Counted from the first letter of the stretch, positions 37,962 to 47,696 are shown. The stretch is 64,000 nt of DNA from an uncultured bacterium (GCA_963804975.1 CAWDSG010000002.1:208991-272990), one strand, 5' to 3'. Translations and numbers: made by a program. The notes: generated from the sequence alone by a model not told the origin.

Positions 37962-38732
37962 GTGTGGTATAATCTTTTTGTGAAAAACAAACTGATTTTT
38001 TTGGATACCGAAACGACCGGCAATGAAATCGGCAAAGACCGCCTTTGTCAAATTTGTTTTGAAACGGAAAAAGGGATAGAGACGTGCTATTTCAAACCGC
38101 CATTGCCGGTATCAGTAAAATCCACAAGCATTACTCATATCACAAATAAGATGCTTGCCGATAAAGAAAAGTTTTTAAACAGCAAGATGGCGAAAGAATT
38201 AAAAACTATTTTGAAAAACGGAATACTGGTTGCCCATAATGCAAAATTTGATATTGCCATGCTCGAAGCAGAGGGACTTTCCGTTCCAAAATTCATTTGT
38301 ACCTTGCGTGTCGCGAGATTTTTGGATAAGGAAAATAAAATTCCGGAATATGGCTTGCAGTATTTGCGGTATTACCTTGATCTTGATGTGGAAGCTCACG
38401 CACATAATGCCGAGGATGATGTAAAGGTATTACATGCGCTTTTCGAACGGCTTTTGGCGAAAATAAAAGACCCCAGTGAAGTAAAAAATTCAAAACTTCA
38501 CGGGGCAGGAGAAACTGGAAATGAAGATAAAGCTATTGAAAAAATGATTGAAATTTCTAAAAATCCTTCTTTGTTTGTAAAATTTAATTTTGGCAAATAC
38601 AAAGATCAGGTAATTGAAGATGTTTTAAAATCAGACAGAAGATACCTTGAATGGCTTCTTGGCGAGAAGCTTAAAAATGATGCTAACGATGAGGACTGGA
38701 TTTACACTCTGCAATATTATCTGGATAAATAA
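37962..38732 (+). CDS. DEDDh 3'-5' exonuclease (DnaQ / Pol III epsilon-like) with extra C-terminal domain
   Basis: Exo I 'LIFLDTETTG', Exo II 'VAHNAKFDIAML', Exo III 'HNAEDDV'. Confidence 0.75.
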   Translation: MWYNLFVKNKLIFLDTETTGNEIGKDRLCQICFETEKGIETCYFKPPLPVSVKSTSITHITNKMLADKEKFLNSKMAKELKTILKNGILVAHNAKFDIAMLEAEGLSVPKFICTLRVARFLDKENKIPEYGLQYLRYYLDLDVEAHAHNAEDDVKVLHALFERLLAKIKDPSEVKNSKLHGAGETGNEDKAIEKMIEISKNPSLFVKFNFGKYKDQVIEDVLKSDRRYLEWLLGEKLKNDANDEDWIYTLQYYLDK

Positions 38733-38739
38733 TCATAAA

Positions 38740-39216
38740 ATGGAACCGATTGTTATAAAAGAAAAAAGCATATTCAAGATTTTCAGGATAGGAATTTTCC
38801 TGAAAGGCATCAGTACGATAGTAGAAATATCCGGCGGACTCATAATCCTTTTGGTCAGCAAGGTATATCTGATAACTTTTGTCCTCAATCTCCTGCAATC
38901 TGAACTTTCGGACGACCCGAAAGATTTTGTGGCGAATTTTATCGTCAATTCTGCCGCGGCATATTACGTAAGTTCGCAATATTTTTTCGGATTTTATCTT
39001 CTGGTCCACGGCCTCATTAAAATCGTCCTGATTATTGCGCTTTTGAAAAATAAATTATGGGCGTATCCAGCCGCAATAACGGTTTTTTCCCTGTTCATAT
39101 TATACGAATTATATCGATTTTATTTCACCCATTCTCCATGGATTTTAGCCATTATTATTTTTGATGTTATTGTTATTCTGCTTGCTATTCATGAATACCG
39201 CGTAAGAAAAAAATGA
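38740..39216 (+). CDS. integral membrane protein (hypothetical)
   Basis: 4 TM helices; the track ORF (38647) overlaps the exonuclease out of frame, so it is trimmed to the in-frame ATG at 38740. Confidence 0.35.
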   Translation: MEPIVIKEKSIFKIFRIGIFLKGISTIVEISGGLIILLVSKVYLITFVLNLLQSELSDDPKDFVANFIVNSAAAYYVSSQYFFGFYLLVHGLIKIVLIIALLKNKLWAYPAAITVFSLFILYELYRFYFTHSPWILAIIIFDVIVILLAIHEYRVRKK

Positions 39217-39265
39217 TATAATATAAACCAAAGAAAGGTCGTTTATATAATACAATTTTATTATA

Positions 39266-39481
39266 ATGATAAAACTAAATTGGTTGGATTGGCTCGCTCT
39301 TATTCTCGTTATTATTGGAGGCTTGAATTGGGGTTTGGTGGCTTTGAATTTCAATCTTGTTGATGCGGTTTTTGGAACAGGTTCAGCCCTTTCGACGATC
39401 ATCTACGGCTTGGTGGGATTATCGGCTATATATGTCATTTTCTTGGTGAAAAAAATGACAAAATCGGCTCCAGCGATGTAA
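39266..39481 (+). CDS. DUF378-family small membrane protein
   Basis: 'LIIGGLNWGLV...IYGLVGLSAIY' two-helix DUF378 pattern. Confidence 0.55.
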   Translation: MIKLNWLDWLALILVIIGGLNWGLVALNFNLVDAVFGTGSALSTIIYGLVGLSAIYVIFLVKKMTKSAPAM

Positions 39482-39503
39482 AATTTTCACTTCCGTTGAA
39501 ATA

Positions 39504-39538
39504 AAAGCCGCTCGGCGAAAGTTGAGCGGCTTTTATTA
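39504..39538 (+). terminator. intrinsic terminator after the DUF378 gene
   Basis: aaaagccgctc...gagcggctttt + T-run. Confidence 0.75.
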
Positions 39539-39559
39539 AAATTGTGTATAATAATGGAA

Positions 39560-41431
39560 ATGAAAAAATTCTCCAAATTTAAATATTCGGATATAATATT
39601 GCTTATCTTATTGCTGATCGCTTTACCTGCCAGTTATCTCAATTATCCGATTGAAAAGTTTTTTCTGATTGCTTTATCAATCGTAGCAACATTGCCGGTT
39701 GTTGTGAGCGCATTCAAATCGATACTGAATAAAAAATTATCAATAGATCTTCTCGCAAGTGTTGCTTTGATTTTTTCTATTTTGGCGCATCAGTGGATAT
39801 CCGCAGTATTTATCAACCTTATGCTTACGTTTTCCAGAATATTCCTTTCATACAACGAAGCAAGGGCGAGAAAAAATATAGAAAAACTGCTTAAATTCAA
39901 GCCGAAAAAAATCAAAATAAAAAAAACTGACGGAAGCGTTGTTGAAATAAATCCAAAGGATGTAAAAGTCGGGGATCTTGTGGTCGTTGATTTGGGAGAA
40001 AGAGTTCCTGTTGATGGTTTTGTCATATCCGGACAAGCTTCATTGGACGAATCGTCTATAACCGGGGAATCAATCCCTGTTTCAAAAGCGAAAAGCGATA
40101 AAGTTTTTAGTTCCACACTTATTTCAAGCGGAAATCTTTTGGTAAAAGCGGAAAAAATCGGCAGCGAAACAACGCTTGAAAAAATTATCAAGCTTGTGGA
40201 AGAAGCTCAGATAGACAAGCCGGATATTCATACCACGGCGGAAAAATTCACAATGTGGTATCTCATAATTATTTTTTTCGGCTCAATAATCGCTCTTTTA
40301 ATCAGTAAAGATATTGCATTCGTACTCGCTATCATGCTTGTCGTTTGCGCCGATGACGTAGCTGTGGCAGTGCCGCTGACATTCCTTTCGGCAATCAGCT
40401 ACTCGGCCAAAATCGGCGTTATCGTAAAAGGCGCAAGTTTTTTGGAAGCAATCAAGGATGTCAAAGTTATTTTTGTGGATAAAACAGGCACGCTTACCAA
40501 AGGCAAATTGAAGGTTGAAAATTTTGTATGCGAATCGCTGGATAAGGCAAAAATATTGAAATACAGCGGAATACTGGCTGCTTTATCCGATCATCCGATA
40601 TCAAAAGCAATAGCGTATTATGTCGGATGCAATAAAGGAAAAGGAATCTGTACGGAAACTCCGGATCATTTTCAGGAATTAAGCGGGAAGGGAATTACGG
40701 GAAATTTTTCCAAGGACACATTTACTTTCGGCAAACTCTCGTATCTTATTGAGCTTGGATTGAAAATCAAACCGGAAACGCAAAATGAAATTTTAGCCGA
40801 GCAGAATCGCGGCTATAATACGACCGTTGTATCTCTCAACAATGAATTCAAAGGATATTTTGTGGTTGCCGATGAAATTAAAATTGATATCAAAGACGAT
40901 GTGGCGGGACTTAAAGAACTTGGGGTCAAAAGGATTATTATGCTGACCGGAGACAACGAAAATGTTGCAAAAAGAATCGCGAAAATGCTCGGGCTTACGG
41001 AATATCATTCCGGACTGCTTCCGGATCAAAAACTGGCTTTCATCAAAAAAACGCTCAGCGATAAATATAAAACGATGATGGTCGGCGACGGCATAAACGA
41101 TGCGGCGGCGCTTTCTTTAGCGGACGTCGGTGTGGCGATGGGCGCTATCGGCTACGATGTGACGATAGAATCTGCGGATGTCATACTGATGAAAGATGAT
41201 TTTTCCAAGATTCCCGACTTAATCCGGCTTTCGCAGTACGTCATGAGGATTTCGCGGGAGGATTTTTTCATCTGGGGCGCGACGAATATCGTCGGTTTGT
41301 TCCTTGTATTCGCCAATATCCTAAAACCAACAGGAGCTGCGGCGTATAATTTCCTGACGGATTTTGTACCGCTTTTCAATTCCACAAGAATTTTCAAGAT
41401 GTACTTCAGGAGAACCTACTCTAAAAAATAA
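39560..41431 (+). CDS. P-type cation-transporting ATPase
   Basis: Phosphorylation motif 'DKTGTLTKG', 'TGDN', hinge 'MVGDGINDAAAL'; TM6 has 'CADD' rather than a CPC/CPH metal motif; start chosen after the TGn-TATAAT box. Confidence 0.8.
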   Translation: MKKFSKFKYSDIILLILLLIALPASYLNYPIEKFFLIALSIVATLPVVVSAFKSILNKKLSIDLLASVALIFSILAHQWISAVFINLMLTFSRIFLSYNEARARKNIEKLLKFKPKKIKIKKTDGSVVEINPKDVKVGDLVVVDLGERVPVDGFVISGQASLDESSITGESIPVSKAKSDKVFSSTLISSGNLLVKAEKIGSETTLEKIIKLVEEAQIDKPDIHTTAEKFTMWYLIIIFFGSIIALLISKDIAFVLAIMLVVCADDVAVAVPLTFLSAISYSAKIGVIVKGASFLEAIKDVKVIFVDKTGTLTKGKLKVENFVCESLDKAKILKYSGILAALSDHPISKAIAYYVGCNKGKGICTETPDHFQELSGKGITGNFSKDTFTFGKLSYLIELGLKIKPETQNEILAEQNRGYNTTVVSLNNEFKGYFVVADEIKIDIKDDVAGLKELGVKRIIMLTGDNENVAKRIAKMLGLTEYHSGLLPDQKLAFIKKTLSDKYKTMMVGDGINDAAALSLADVGVAMGAIGYDVTIESADVILMKDDFSKIPDLIRLSQYVMRISREDFFIWGATNIVGLFLVFANILKPTGAAAYNFLTDFVPLFNSTRIFKMYFRRTYSKK

Positions 41432-41504
41432 AATAAAAAATTTTCGTAATCTTACTTCACATTTTTATCTGGCGTTTGTCAAATATTTGTGATATAATTC
41501 CAGT

Positions 41505-42611
41505 ATGAAATTACCGGCGAAAAACAAAATCAAAATATCCGTTTTATTGCTTGCGTTATTGCCGATTTTCCTATTTTTTAATATTTCTGTCGCTAAAGCC
41601 GATGTATTTTCGGAAATGACTTCCGGAGTTGCGACTTTTGTGCATTTTGTTGTTCAAGCTTTTTCCGAATTGAAAAATAAACAGACAGTATCTACGGGAC
41701 AGGCAATATCGTCAAACTTGGGTATTTTTTCCATTTTCTCCATTCCCGGTTTCCTTATGCCGAATTTCAATAATCTGAATATCGCATCAGGCACATCATA
41801 CGATTTTTCCGTCAATTTTTCTTCAAATAATAATTCTTCCGTTTTTACCACAAACACCACGACTGCGATAAATACCCCTGTGGCAATGACAACAGAAACA
41901 CAGACAACGATTCTTCCAGGCGGACTTTCGGGAAGCACTGCTCCAAACGGCGTTAGTTTGAATGACAGCCAGATTATGTATTGGACAAATATTGAAAGAA
42001 ATGACAACGGCGGGCTTTCGGCACTAAGCGAAAATAATATTTTGGATAAAATTGCCGCTATCCGCGTGGAAGATATGTTCGCAAAACAATATTTTGATCA
42101 CTACTCTCCGAGTGGCGACAATGTCTCGAAAGAAGCCGATGCGAACGGCTATTCATACATCACAATCGGCGAAAATATCGCGGAAGGCAATTTTGGCAGT
42201 TCGCGGGATCTTGTAACGGCATGGATGAATAGTCCCGGACACAGGGCGAATATTTTAAACACCAGCTATACGGAAATCGGCGTGGCGGCAGAGCAGGGAA
42301 TGTATCAGGGAAACGAGGTCTGGATATCCTCGGAAGTATTCGGCAAACCGCTTTCAAATTGTCCAGGCCCGGACGTTTCAATCAAACAGCAAATATCGGC
42401 TGATCAGGCCAAAGCGACAAATTTAAACACGGAGCTTGCGTCCGCAAAAGCAAAGCTTACAGAAGATAGCTCTGATTCAAGCGCATATAATGCGGAAGCG
42501 ACGATTTATAACAATTTGGCCAACCAATACAACAATCTTGTCGCTGAAATGAAAACTCTGGCGAGCCAGTATAATCAGCAAGTTGCGGCGTTTAATGCTT
42601 GTATTAAATAA
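41505..42611 (+). CDS. secreted CAP/SCP/PR-1-like domain protein with C-terminal coiled coil
   Basis: Signal peptide; 'AWMNSPGHRANIL...YTEIGVA' CAP signature. Confidence 0.6.
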   Translation: MKLPAKNKIKISVLLLALLPIFLFFNISVAKADVFSEMTSGVATFVHFVVQAFSELKNKQTVSTGQAISSNLGIFSIFSIPGFLMPNFNNLNIASGTSYDFSVNFSSNNNSSVFTTNTTTAINTPVAMTTETQTTILPGGLSGSTAPNGVSLNDSQIMYWTNIERNDNGGLSALSENNILDKIAAIRVEDMFAKQYFDHYSPSGDNVSKEADANGYSYITIGENIAEGNFGSSRDLVTAWMNSPGHRANILNTSYTEIGVAAEQGMYQGNEVWISSEVFGKPLSNCPGPDVSIKQQISADQAKATNLNTELASAKAKLTEDSSDSSAYNAEATIYNNLANQYNNLVAEMKTLASQYNQQVAAFNACIK

Positions 42612-42619
42612 AATTTTTT

Positions 42620-43153
42620 ATGACGCTCACTACTCACGCCATTGTCGGTGCAGCTATTACAAATCTCGTGCCGGCAAATCCGGAGCTTGGCTTTGCTTTG
42701 GCTTTTGCCAGCCATTATTTGTCGGATATAATACCTCACGCCGAACTTGTGCCGGAAGATTCAATAATTGAAAAATCAGAGGCCGGCAATTCGTTTGATA
42801 AAAATAATCTTAAATCGGTATTTCATGATGCAAAATCTTCATTCGGCTTTTTGCTTATCGGGCTTGATTTTATCATAGCGGTAATTTTATGCATGATTAT
42901 TTTTGCAAGAGACGAAAAAACTCTTTTTTTGACAATTCTCGGCATAATCGGCGGGTTATTGCCGGATTTCCTGCAATTTTTGTATTACAAAATCAGAAAA
43001 GGGCCGTTTATATTTTTCCAAAAGATCCATCATTTTTTCCATTCTTTGGGAGAACCTGTCCAGTCAGGAAATATGAAAGAAACTGCTTTTGCATATTTAT
43101 CGCCGATAATTCTGCCGGTATTATTTATTGCGATCTATTTTTTGGTTAAATAG
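42620..43153 (+). CDS. membrane-bound metal-dependent hydrolase-like protein (DUF457/YdjM-like)
   Basis: 'MTLTTHAIVGAAI' N-terminus typical of DUF457; several TM helices. Confidence 0.35.
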   Translation: MTLTTHAIVGAAITNLVPANPELGFALAFASHYLSDIIPHAELVPEDSIIEKSEAGNSFDKNNLKSVFHDAKSSFGFLLIGLDFIIAVILCMIIFARDEKTLFLTILGIIGGLLPDFLQFLYYKIRKGPFIFFQKIHHFFHSLGEPVQSGNMKETAFAYLSPIILPVLFIAIYFLVK

Positions 43154-43862
43154 ATAAAGATTCCAAAAAAGTTTTCAATTCTTCGCCTTCTATTTTTCTG
43201 AATTGCCCGGGTTTCAGATTGCCAAGGTGAATATTCATAACACGGATTCTTTTAAGCGATTCTATCGGCAGGGAAAAAGCATCGCACATTCTTCTTATCT
43301 GGTGTTTTTTGCCTTCGGAAAGAGTAATTGTAAAAACGCGTTCGTTTATATATTTTGTCTTGCAGGGTTTGGTGGAAATATCTCCTTCAAGATTCATTCC
43401 GCGTTCCATTACCCGAAGCTGATGCTGTTTTATCGACGTGCGGGTTTTCACCATGTATTCTTTGTCGTGGTCATATTCAGGATTTAAAAGTTTATCGGTA
43501 ATTCTTCCGTTGTTTGTGAGTAATATCAAACCTTCTGAATCTTTATCCAATCTGCCGATAGGGAACACGCCTTTGATATTGACCGCATCGGCGACATCTT
43601 TTTCGCCAATTTTCTGCTTGTTTGTTATCAGGCCTCTCGGCTTATAGTAAGCATAATAGGAAAAATCTTTCTTGATTTTATCTTTTACTTCCACTTTATC
43701 TTCTGCTTTGACTTTATCTCCAAGAACAGCTTTTCTACCACTAATAAAAACTTTGCCAGATTCAATCACTTTGTCGGCATTTCTTCTTGATAAGCTGTAC
43801 TTGTCGGCTAAATATTTATTTATTCTGATTTGCCCGTCTTTCATATCTGATGAATATACCAT
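43146..43862 (-). CDS. RsuA/RluB-family pseudouridine synthase
   Basis: S4 domain (RINKYLADKYSLSRRNADKVI) and catalytic 'IGRLDKDSEGLILLTNNG'. Confidence 0.8.
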   Translation of the reverse strand: MVYSSDMKDGQIRINKYLADKYSLSRRNADKVIESGKVFISGRKAVLGDKVKAEDKVEVKDKIKKDFSYYAYYKPRGLITNKQKIGEKDVADAVNIKGVFPIGRLDKDSEGLILLTNNGRITDKLLNPEYDHDKEYMVKTRTSIKQHQLRVMERGMNLEGDISTKPCKTKYINERVFTITLSEGKKHQIRRMCDAFSLPIESLKRIRVMNIHLGNLKPGQFRKIEGEELKTFLESLSI

Positions 43863-43891
43863 TAATGATAATAATTTAAAATTATGCTAAT

Positions 43892-44518
43892 ATGTTTCTC
43901 GTTATGCATGAAGTGTACGTCATCAATTCAATCGAGCAATTTTCCTACGTAGCCATATTTGCTTTTGCGCTTTTTGCCGGTTATCTTATTCCTGTTCCGG
44001 AAGAAATCATCCTGCTTATCAGCGGCTATATGGCCAGCGAATATTTCATACGGCTTACACCGGCTATTTTTATCGTAATCATCGCTTTTATAATCGGAGA
44101 CAACATTCTTTATCGCCTGACGCTTAAAAACAACAAACATGTGACAAAACTGATCCATGAGGTGCTATCTATGAAAATCATAACCAAAAACGAAGCGCTT
44201 CTTGAAAAACATATAAATACTACGATTTTTCTCACCAGATTTGTGCCGTTTTTGAGGTTCGTAGGCCCTGTTTTTGCCGGATATACGAAGACAAAAGAAA
44301 AGACATTTATGCTTTTTAATACGCTGGCAATCGTCATTTACGCGCCTTTTGTCATGTGGCTGGGATATTTTTTCCATAACGATTTTACTCTGATTGTAAA
44401 TGATATAGGCAGAGTGAGACACACCGCAGTTATTTTTGTCTGGATTATTATCGGCCTTATTATCACCAGAATTGTGGATTATTTATTTAAGAAAGATGAG
44501 GAAGCAAATGGGAAGTAG
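43892..44518 (+). CDS. DedA/VTT-family membrane protein
   Basis: 'LIPVPEEIILLISGY' DedA signature. Confidence 0.7.
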   Translation: MFLVMHEVYVINSIEQFSYVAIFAFALFAGYLIPVPEEIILLISGYMASEYFIRLTPAIFIVIIAFIIGDNILYRLTLKNNKHVTKLIHEVLSMKIITKNEALLEKHINTTIFLTRFVPFLRFVGPVFAGYTKTKEKTFMLFNTLAIVIYAPFVMWLGYFFHNDFTLIVNDIGRVRHTAVIFVWIIIGLIITRIVDYLFKKDEEANGK

Positions 44519-44524
44519 CGGTAC

Positions 44525-44638
44525 GCAAATGGCGAGGCGCTTCACCGAAAAAGCACGGATATTTTTCTGCTGAAAAATTCCTCGAGCTTGCGCCGTCGCT
44601 CTCGCTAGGCTTTTTCAATGAAGCGCCTCGCCATTTGC
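44525..44638. repeat. hairpin-embedded intergenic repeat, copy D (between convergent dedA and LOG genes)
   Basis: Perfect 20-bp arms gcaaatggcgaggcgcttca/tgaagcgcctcgccatttgc; the core gcacggatatttttctgctgaaaaattcctcgagcttgcgccgtcgctc is ~85% identical to the core of copy C. Confidence 0.75.
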
Positions 44639-44645
44639 TTTTATT

Positions 44646-45353
44646 TTATTCCTGCCTGTACGGGGCTTTTCTGATGATATCAATGATTTCATCCTCGGAA
44701 TCCACTATTTTATAGATGCTCATGTCTTCTTCGCCAATCGTGCTGTTTTCCATGAAAAGTTTTTGTTTTATCACTTTCATAAACGGCATCCAGAATTCGC
44801 TGCCCACGAGTATGACGGGAGTTCTCTGTATTTTTTTTGTCTGGATTGAAGTGACAAGCGAAAACAGTTCATCAAAAGTGCCGAACCCGCCCGGGTAATA
44901 AACGTACGCTTCGGCGGAAAAAAACATGATTGTCTGCCTGTCAAAAAAATATTGGAAATTTGCCATTTCGGTCAGATATGAATTTATAATCTGCTCTTTT
45001 GGAAGCTTGATTGTAAATCCTATGGATACGCCTTTTGCTTCATACGCGCCTTTATTCGCTGCTTCCATGATTCCCGGGCCGCCTCCGGTAACTACCGCAT
45101 ATTTGAGTTCTTTGACAATTTTTCCTGCCAGAGATTCTGCATGTTTGTAATAAACGCTTCCTGGTTTAAAACGGGCAGAGCCGAGAATGCTTACGGATCT
45201 CGGATATTTTTTTATCAAGGAGTAGCCCTTATCAAGCTCCGCAAGGGCGATTTTTTCCCTATTTTTGATTACGCGCTCCATCTGCTTTACGGTAATAGGC
45301 CCGGCCTCAATATGGTTATCGGTGATGATTTCTTGATCTTTTTTTGACTTCAT
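44646..45353 (-). CDS. LOG-family protein (TIGR00730 Rossmann fold)
   Basis: 'VVTGGGPGIMEAANKGA' and 'YYPGGFGTFDELF' (PGGxGTxxE) motifs. Confidence 0.8.
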   Translation of the reverse strand: MKSKKDQEIITDNHIEAGPITVKQMERVIKNREKIALAELDKGYSLIKKYPRSVSILGSARFKPGSVYYKHAESLAGKIVKELKYAVVTGGGPGIMEAANKGAYEAKGVSIGFTIKLPKEQIINSYLTEMANFQYFFDRQTIMFFSAEAYVYYPGGFGTFDELFSLVTSIQTKKIQRTPVILVGSEFWMPFMKVIKQKLFMENSTIGEEDMSIYKIVDSEDEIIDIIRKAPYRQE

Positions 45354-45465
45354 AAATTTAGTAAATAAATTTTAACATACTTTGCCTGCAAAAAACAGGT
45401 ATTGGCATTATTTTGATATCTGGTATAATTTGTATATATTATAAGTTTAAGAATTTAACAAATAT

Positions 45466-45957
45466 ATGGATAAAAAAACAACAATAGCTGTCGTGGCCGG
45501 AATCGTGATCGTACTCATTTTGTTTGGCGGTCAGAGTTTGATCAGCGGTTTGTTTACCAGTTCAAATGCGAATAATACAAATACTCAAGCCGCAAACAAC
45601 GGTACGAGTACTCAAAATGCAAACATGCAAAATCCAACGCAATTACAAATACAGGATGTCACTGTCGGCACGGGGACCGAAGCTGTTGCCGGAAAACAAA
45701 TAACGGTGAATTATACCGGCACCCTCCAGGACGGAACAAAATTTGACAGTTCATATGATGCAGGAAAGCCGTTCACTTTTACGCTTGGAGCAGGACAGGT
45801 TATTAAAGGATGGGATACTGGCGTAGTGGGAATGAAAGTCGGAGGAAAAAGAATCCTTGTAATTCCTGCAGAACTTGCATACGGAAATCAAGCAGTTGGT
45901 TCAATTCCGGCAAATTCAACTTTGATTTTCCAGATAGAATTACTGAGTGTAAAATAA
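45466..45957 (+). CDS. membrane-anchored FKBP-type peptidyl-prolyl isomerase
   Basis: 'YTGTLQDGTKFDSS', 'GAGQVIKGWDTGVVGMKVGGKR...IPAELAYG' FKBP core. Confidence 0.85.
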   Translation: MDKKTTIAVVAGIVIVLILFGGQSLISGLFTSSNANNTNTQAANNGTSTQNANMQNPTQLQIQDVTVGTGTEAVAGKQITVNYTGTLQDGTKFDSSYDAGKPFTFTLGAGQVIKGWDTGVVGMKVGGKRILVIPAELAYGNQAVGSIPANSTLIFQIELLSVK

Positions 45958-45978
45958 AAGTTCGCTCGTTTAAATAAC

Positions 45979-46006
45979 AAAACCGCCAAATGGCGGTTTT
46001 GTTTTT
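45979..46006 (+). terminator. intrinsic terminator after the FKBP gene
   Basis: aaaaccgcca-aa-tggcggtttt + gtttttg. Confidence 0.8.
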
Positions 46007-46021
46007 GTATGCTATATTATT

Positions 46022-47245
46022 TTGGTGAATTCAATCAATTTTAAAATAGAAAAAAAGCTGGAAGGAAAGCTCGGCAGGGCGGGGATTTTGGAAACACCGC
46101 ACGGCTCTATTGAGACGCCGGCTTTTGTCGTAGTTGGCACAAAAGCTACCGTTAAATCGCTAAATCCGGAGCAGGTGAGAGACGCAGGTGTCCAAGCCAT
46201 TCTTGCAAACACATATCACTTGTATCTTCAGCCAGGCGATGAATCGGTCAAAAAAATGGGTGGGCTTCACAAAATGATGAATTGGAATGGACCTATAATG
46301 ACCGACTCCGGAGGTTTTCAGGTTTTTTCTCTTGGCGCCGCTTATGGAAAAGGAATTTCAAAAATTCTGCAAATTACCAATCCGTCGCTTTTGATTCCGG
46401 AGAGGTTTGACGATTCTGATGCACCACGGCTTGCAAAAATAGGGCAGGATGGCGTTTCTTTCACGTCCCATCTTGACGGTTCGGTTCATTATATTACTCC
46501 GGAAAAATCCATAGAGATTCAGCACAATCTGGGTGCGGATATTATTTTTGCTTTTGATGAATGCACTTCACCGTCGGAAGATTTAAAATATCAGGAAGAA
46601 GCACTTGAAAGAACCCACAGTTGGGCAAAAAGATCTCTTATGGAGCATAATAAACTGAATAAAAAAAATAAAGTTGCCTTATTCGGAATAGTGCAAGGAG
46701 GCAGGAAAGAAAAGCTTAGGAAAAAATCTGCAAAAATCATTTCCGAAATGGAGGTGGATGGAAAAAAGTTTGACGGATTCGGCATCGGCGGTTCGTTTGC
46801 AAAAGAAGATATGTCCACGGCGGTAAAATGGGTAAATGGAGTTTTGCCGCCCGATAAGCCGAGGCATCTTCTCGGTATCGGCGAGCCGGAAGATTTGTTT
46901 ATGGGAATTGAAAACGGAATAGACCTTTTTGACTGCGTCCTGCCCACACGGCTTGGCAGAAATGGAACTTTATATACAAAAAATGGCAAAATTCACATAA
47001 TGAATTCGGAATACAGAGGAGATTTAGCGCCAGTTGAAAAAGATTGCGAATGCTATACCTGCGAGAATTATTCAAAAGCTTATCTGGCGCATCTTTTCCA
47101 CGGAAAAGAAATGCTCGGTGGTACGCTTGCATCAATTCACAATATTTATTTTATTGTGAATCTGGTAAAAAAAATCCGCCAGTCCATTTTTGACGGCAAT
47201 TTTGATGAATTTAAAAAAGAGTTTTTGAAAAATTATAAGAAATAA
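46022..47245 (+). CDS. tgt: queuine tRNA-ribosyltransferase
   Basis: 'ILANTYHLYL', 'TDSGGFQVFSL', zinc site 'CECYTCENYSKAYLAHL'. Confidence 0.9.
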   Translation: MVNSINFKIEKKLEGKLGRAGILETPHGSIETPAFVVVGTKATVKSLNPEQVRDAGVQAILANTYHLYLQPGDESVKKMGGLHKMMNWNGPIMTDSGGFQVFSLGAAYGKGISKILQITNPSLLIPERFDDSDAPRLAKIGQDGVSFTSHLDGSVHYITPEKSIEIQHNLGADIIFAFDECTSPSEDLKYQEEALERTHSWAKRSLMEHNKLNKKNKVALFGIVQGGRKEKLRKKSAKIISEMEVDGKKFDGFGIGGSFAKEDMSTAVKWVNGVLPPDKPRHLLGIGEPEDLFMGIENGIDLFDCVLPTRLGRNGTLYTKNGKIHIMNSEYRGDLAPVEKDCECYTCENYSKAYLAHLFHGKEMLGGTLASIHNIYFIVNLVKKIRQSIFDGNFDEFKKEFLKNYKK

Positions 47246-47258
47246 ACCTCAAAACAAA

Positions 47259-47279
47259 CCCCGAGGTTTAACCTCGGGG
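47259..47279 (+). terminator. intrinsic terminator after tgt, identical hairpin to 15597-15617
   Basis: ccccgaggtttaacctcgggg. Confidence 0.75.
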
Positions 47280-47355
47280 GAATTGTCAACAATTAAAAAT
47301 AAAAAAACCGGCTTGCAAATGGCGCAGGCCGGTAATTACATAAAAGACGAAAGTT

Positions 47356-47484
47356 TTAATCGTTGCGGAATACTTTTTCTCCAGCTTTTCCGATTTTAAC
47401 TGCACTGGATTCTTCAAAACGATTTGCTTTTTTTCGCTTCTTACTGATCAACAATTTCATTTTTTTGGTTTTTCCTTTTTTCAT
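47356..47484 (-). CDS. 42-aa lysine-rich peptide, translationally coupled (TGATG) to the upstream ORF
   Basis: Not in the ORF track (<60 aa): MKKGKTKKMKLLISKKRKKANRFEESSAVKIGKAGEKVFRND; its ATG overlaps the stop of the 47484-47696 ORF. Confidence 0.2.
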   Translation of the reverse strand: MKKGKTKKMKLLISKKRKKANRFEESSAVKIGKAGEKVFRND

Positions 47485-47696
47485 CACTTTCTCCTTTTCT
47501 TTTTTGGCTTTCGTCTTTCTAAAATAATCTTTACCTCAGCCAAACGTTTTCTCGCAGCTTCAAAAATACTTGGTTTGTTGTTAAGAAGTTGCTGAAGTGT
47601 TGATGTGAACATAAACGAACTCTGACTTATTCTCATCTGGTTATTACCATGGCAAAAATTTTTGGCCAATTTTAGCATTTCCAAATTCATTGACAT
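47484..47696 (-). CDS. hypothetical small protein
   Basis: 70 aa; AAAGGAG RBS; TTGACT-17-TAATCT promoter shared with the next module. Confidence 0.3.
   Translation of the reverse strand: MSMNLEMLKLAKNFCHGNNQMRISQSSFMFTSTLQQLLNNKPSIFEAARKRLAEVKIILERRKPKKKRRK

Noticed and set aside
848-44638. Possibility that the repeated intergenic GC-rich elements are a CRISPR array or REP array
   Set aside because: The copies are dispersed over 43 kb, singly, at gene ends, with unique flanking arms. They show no regular repeat-spacer periodicity and no cas genes.
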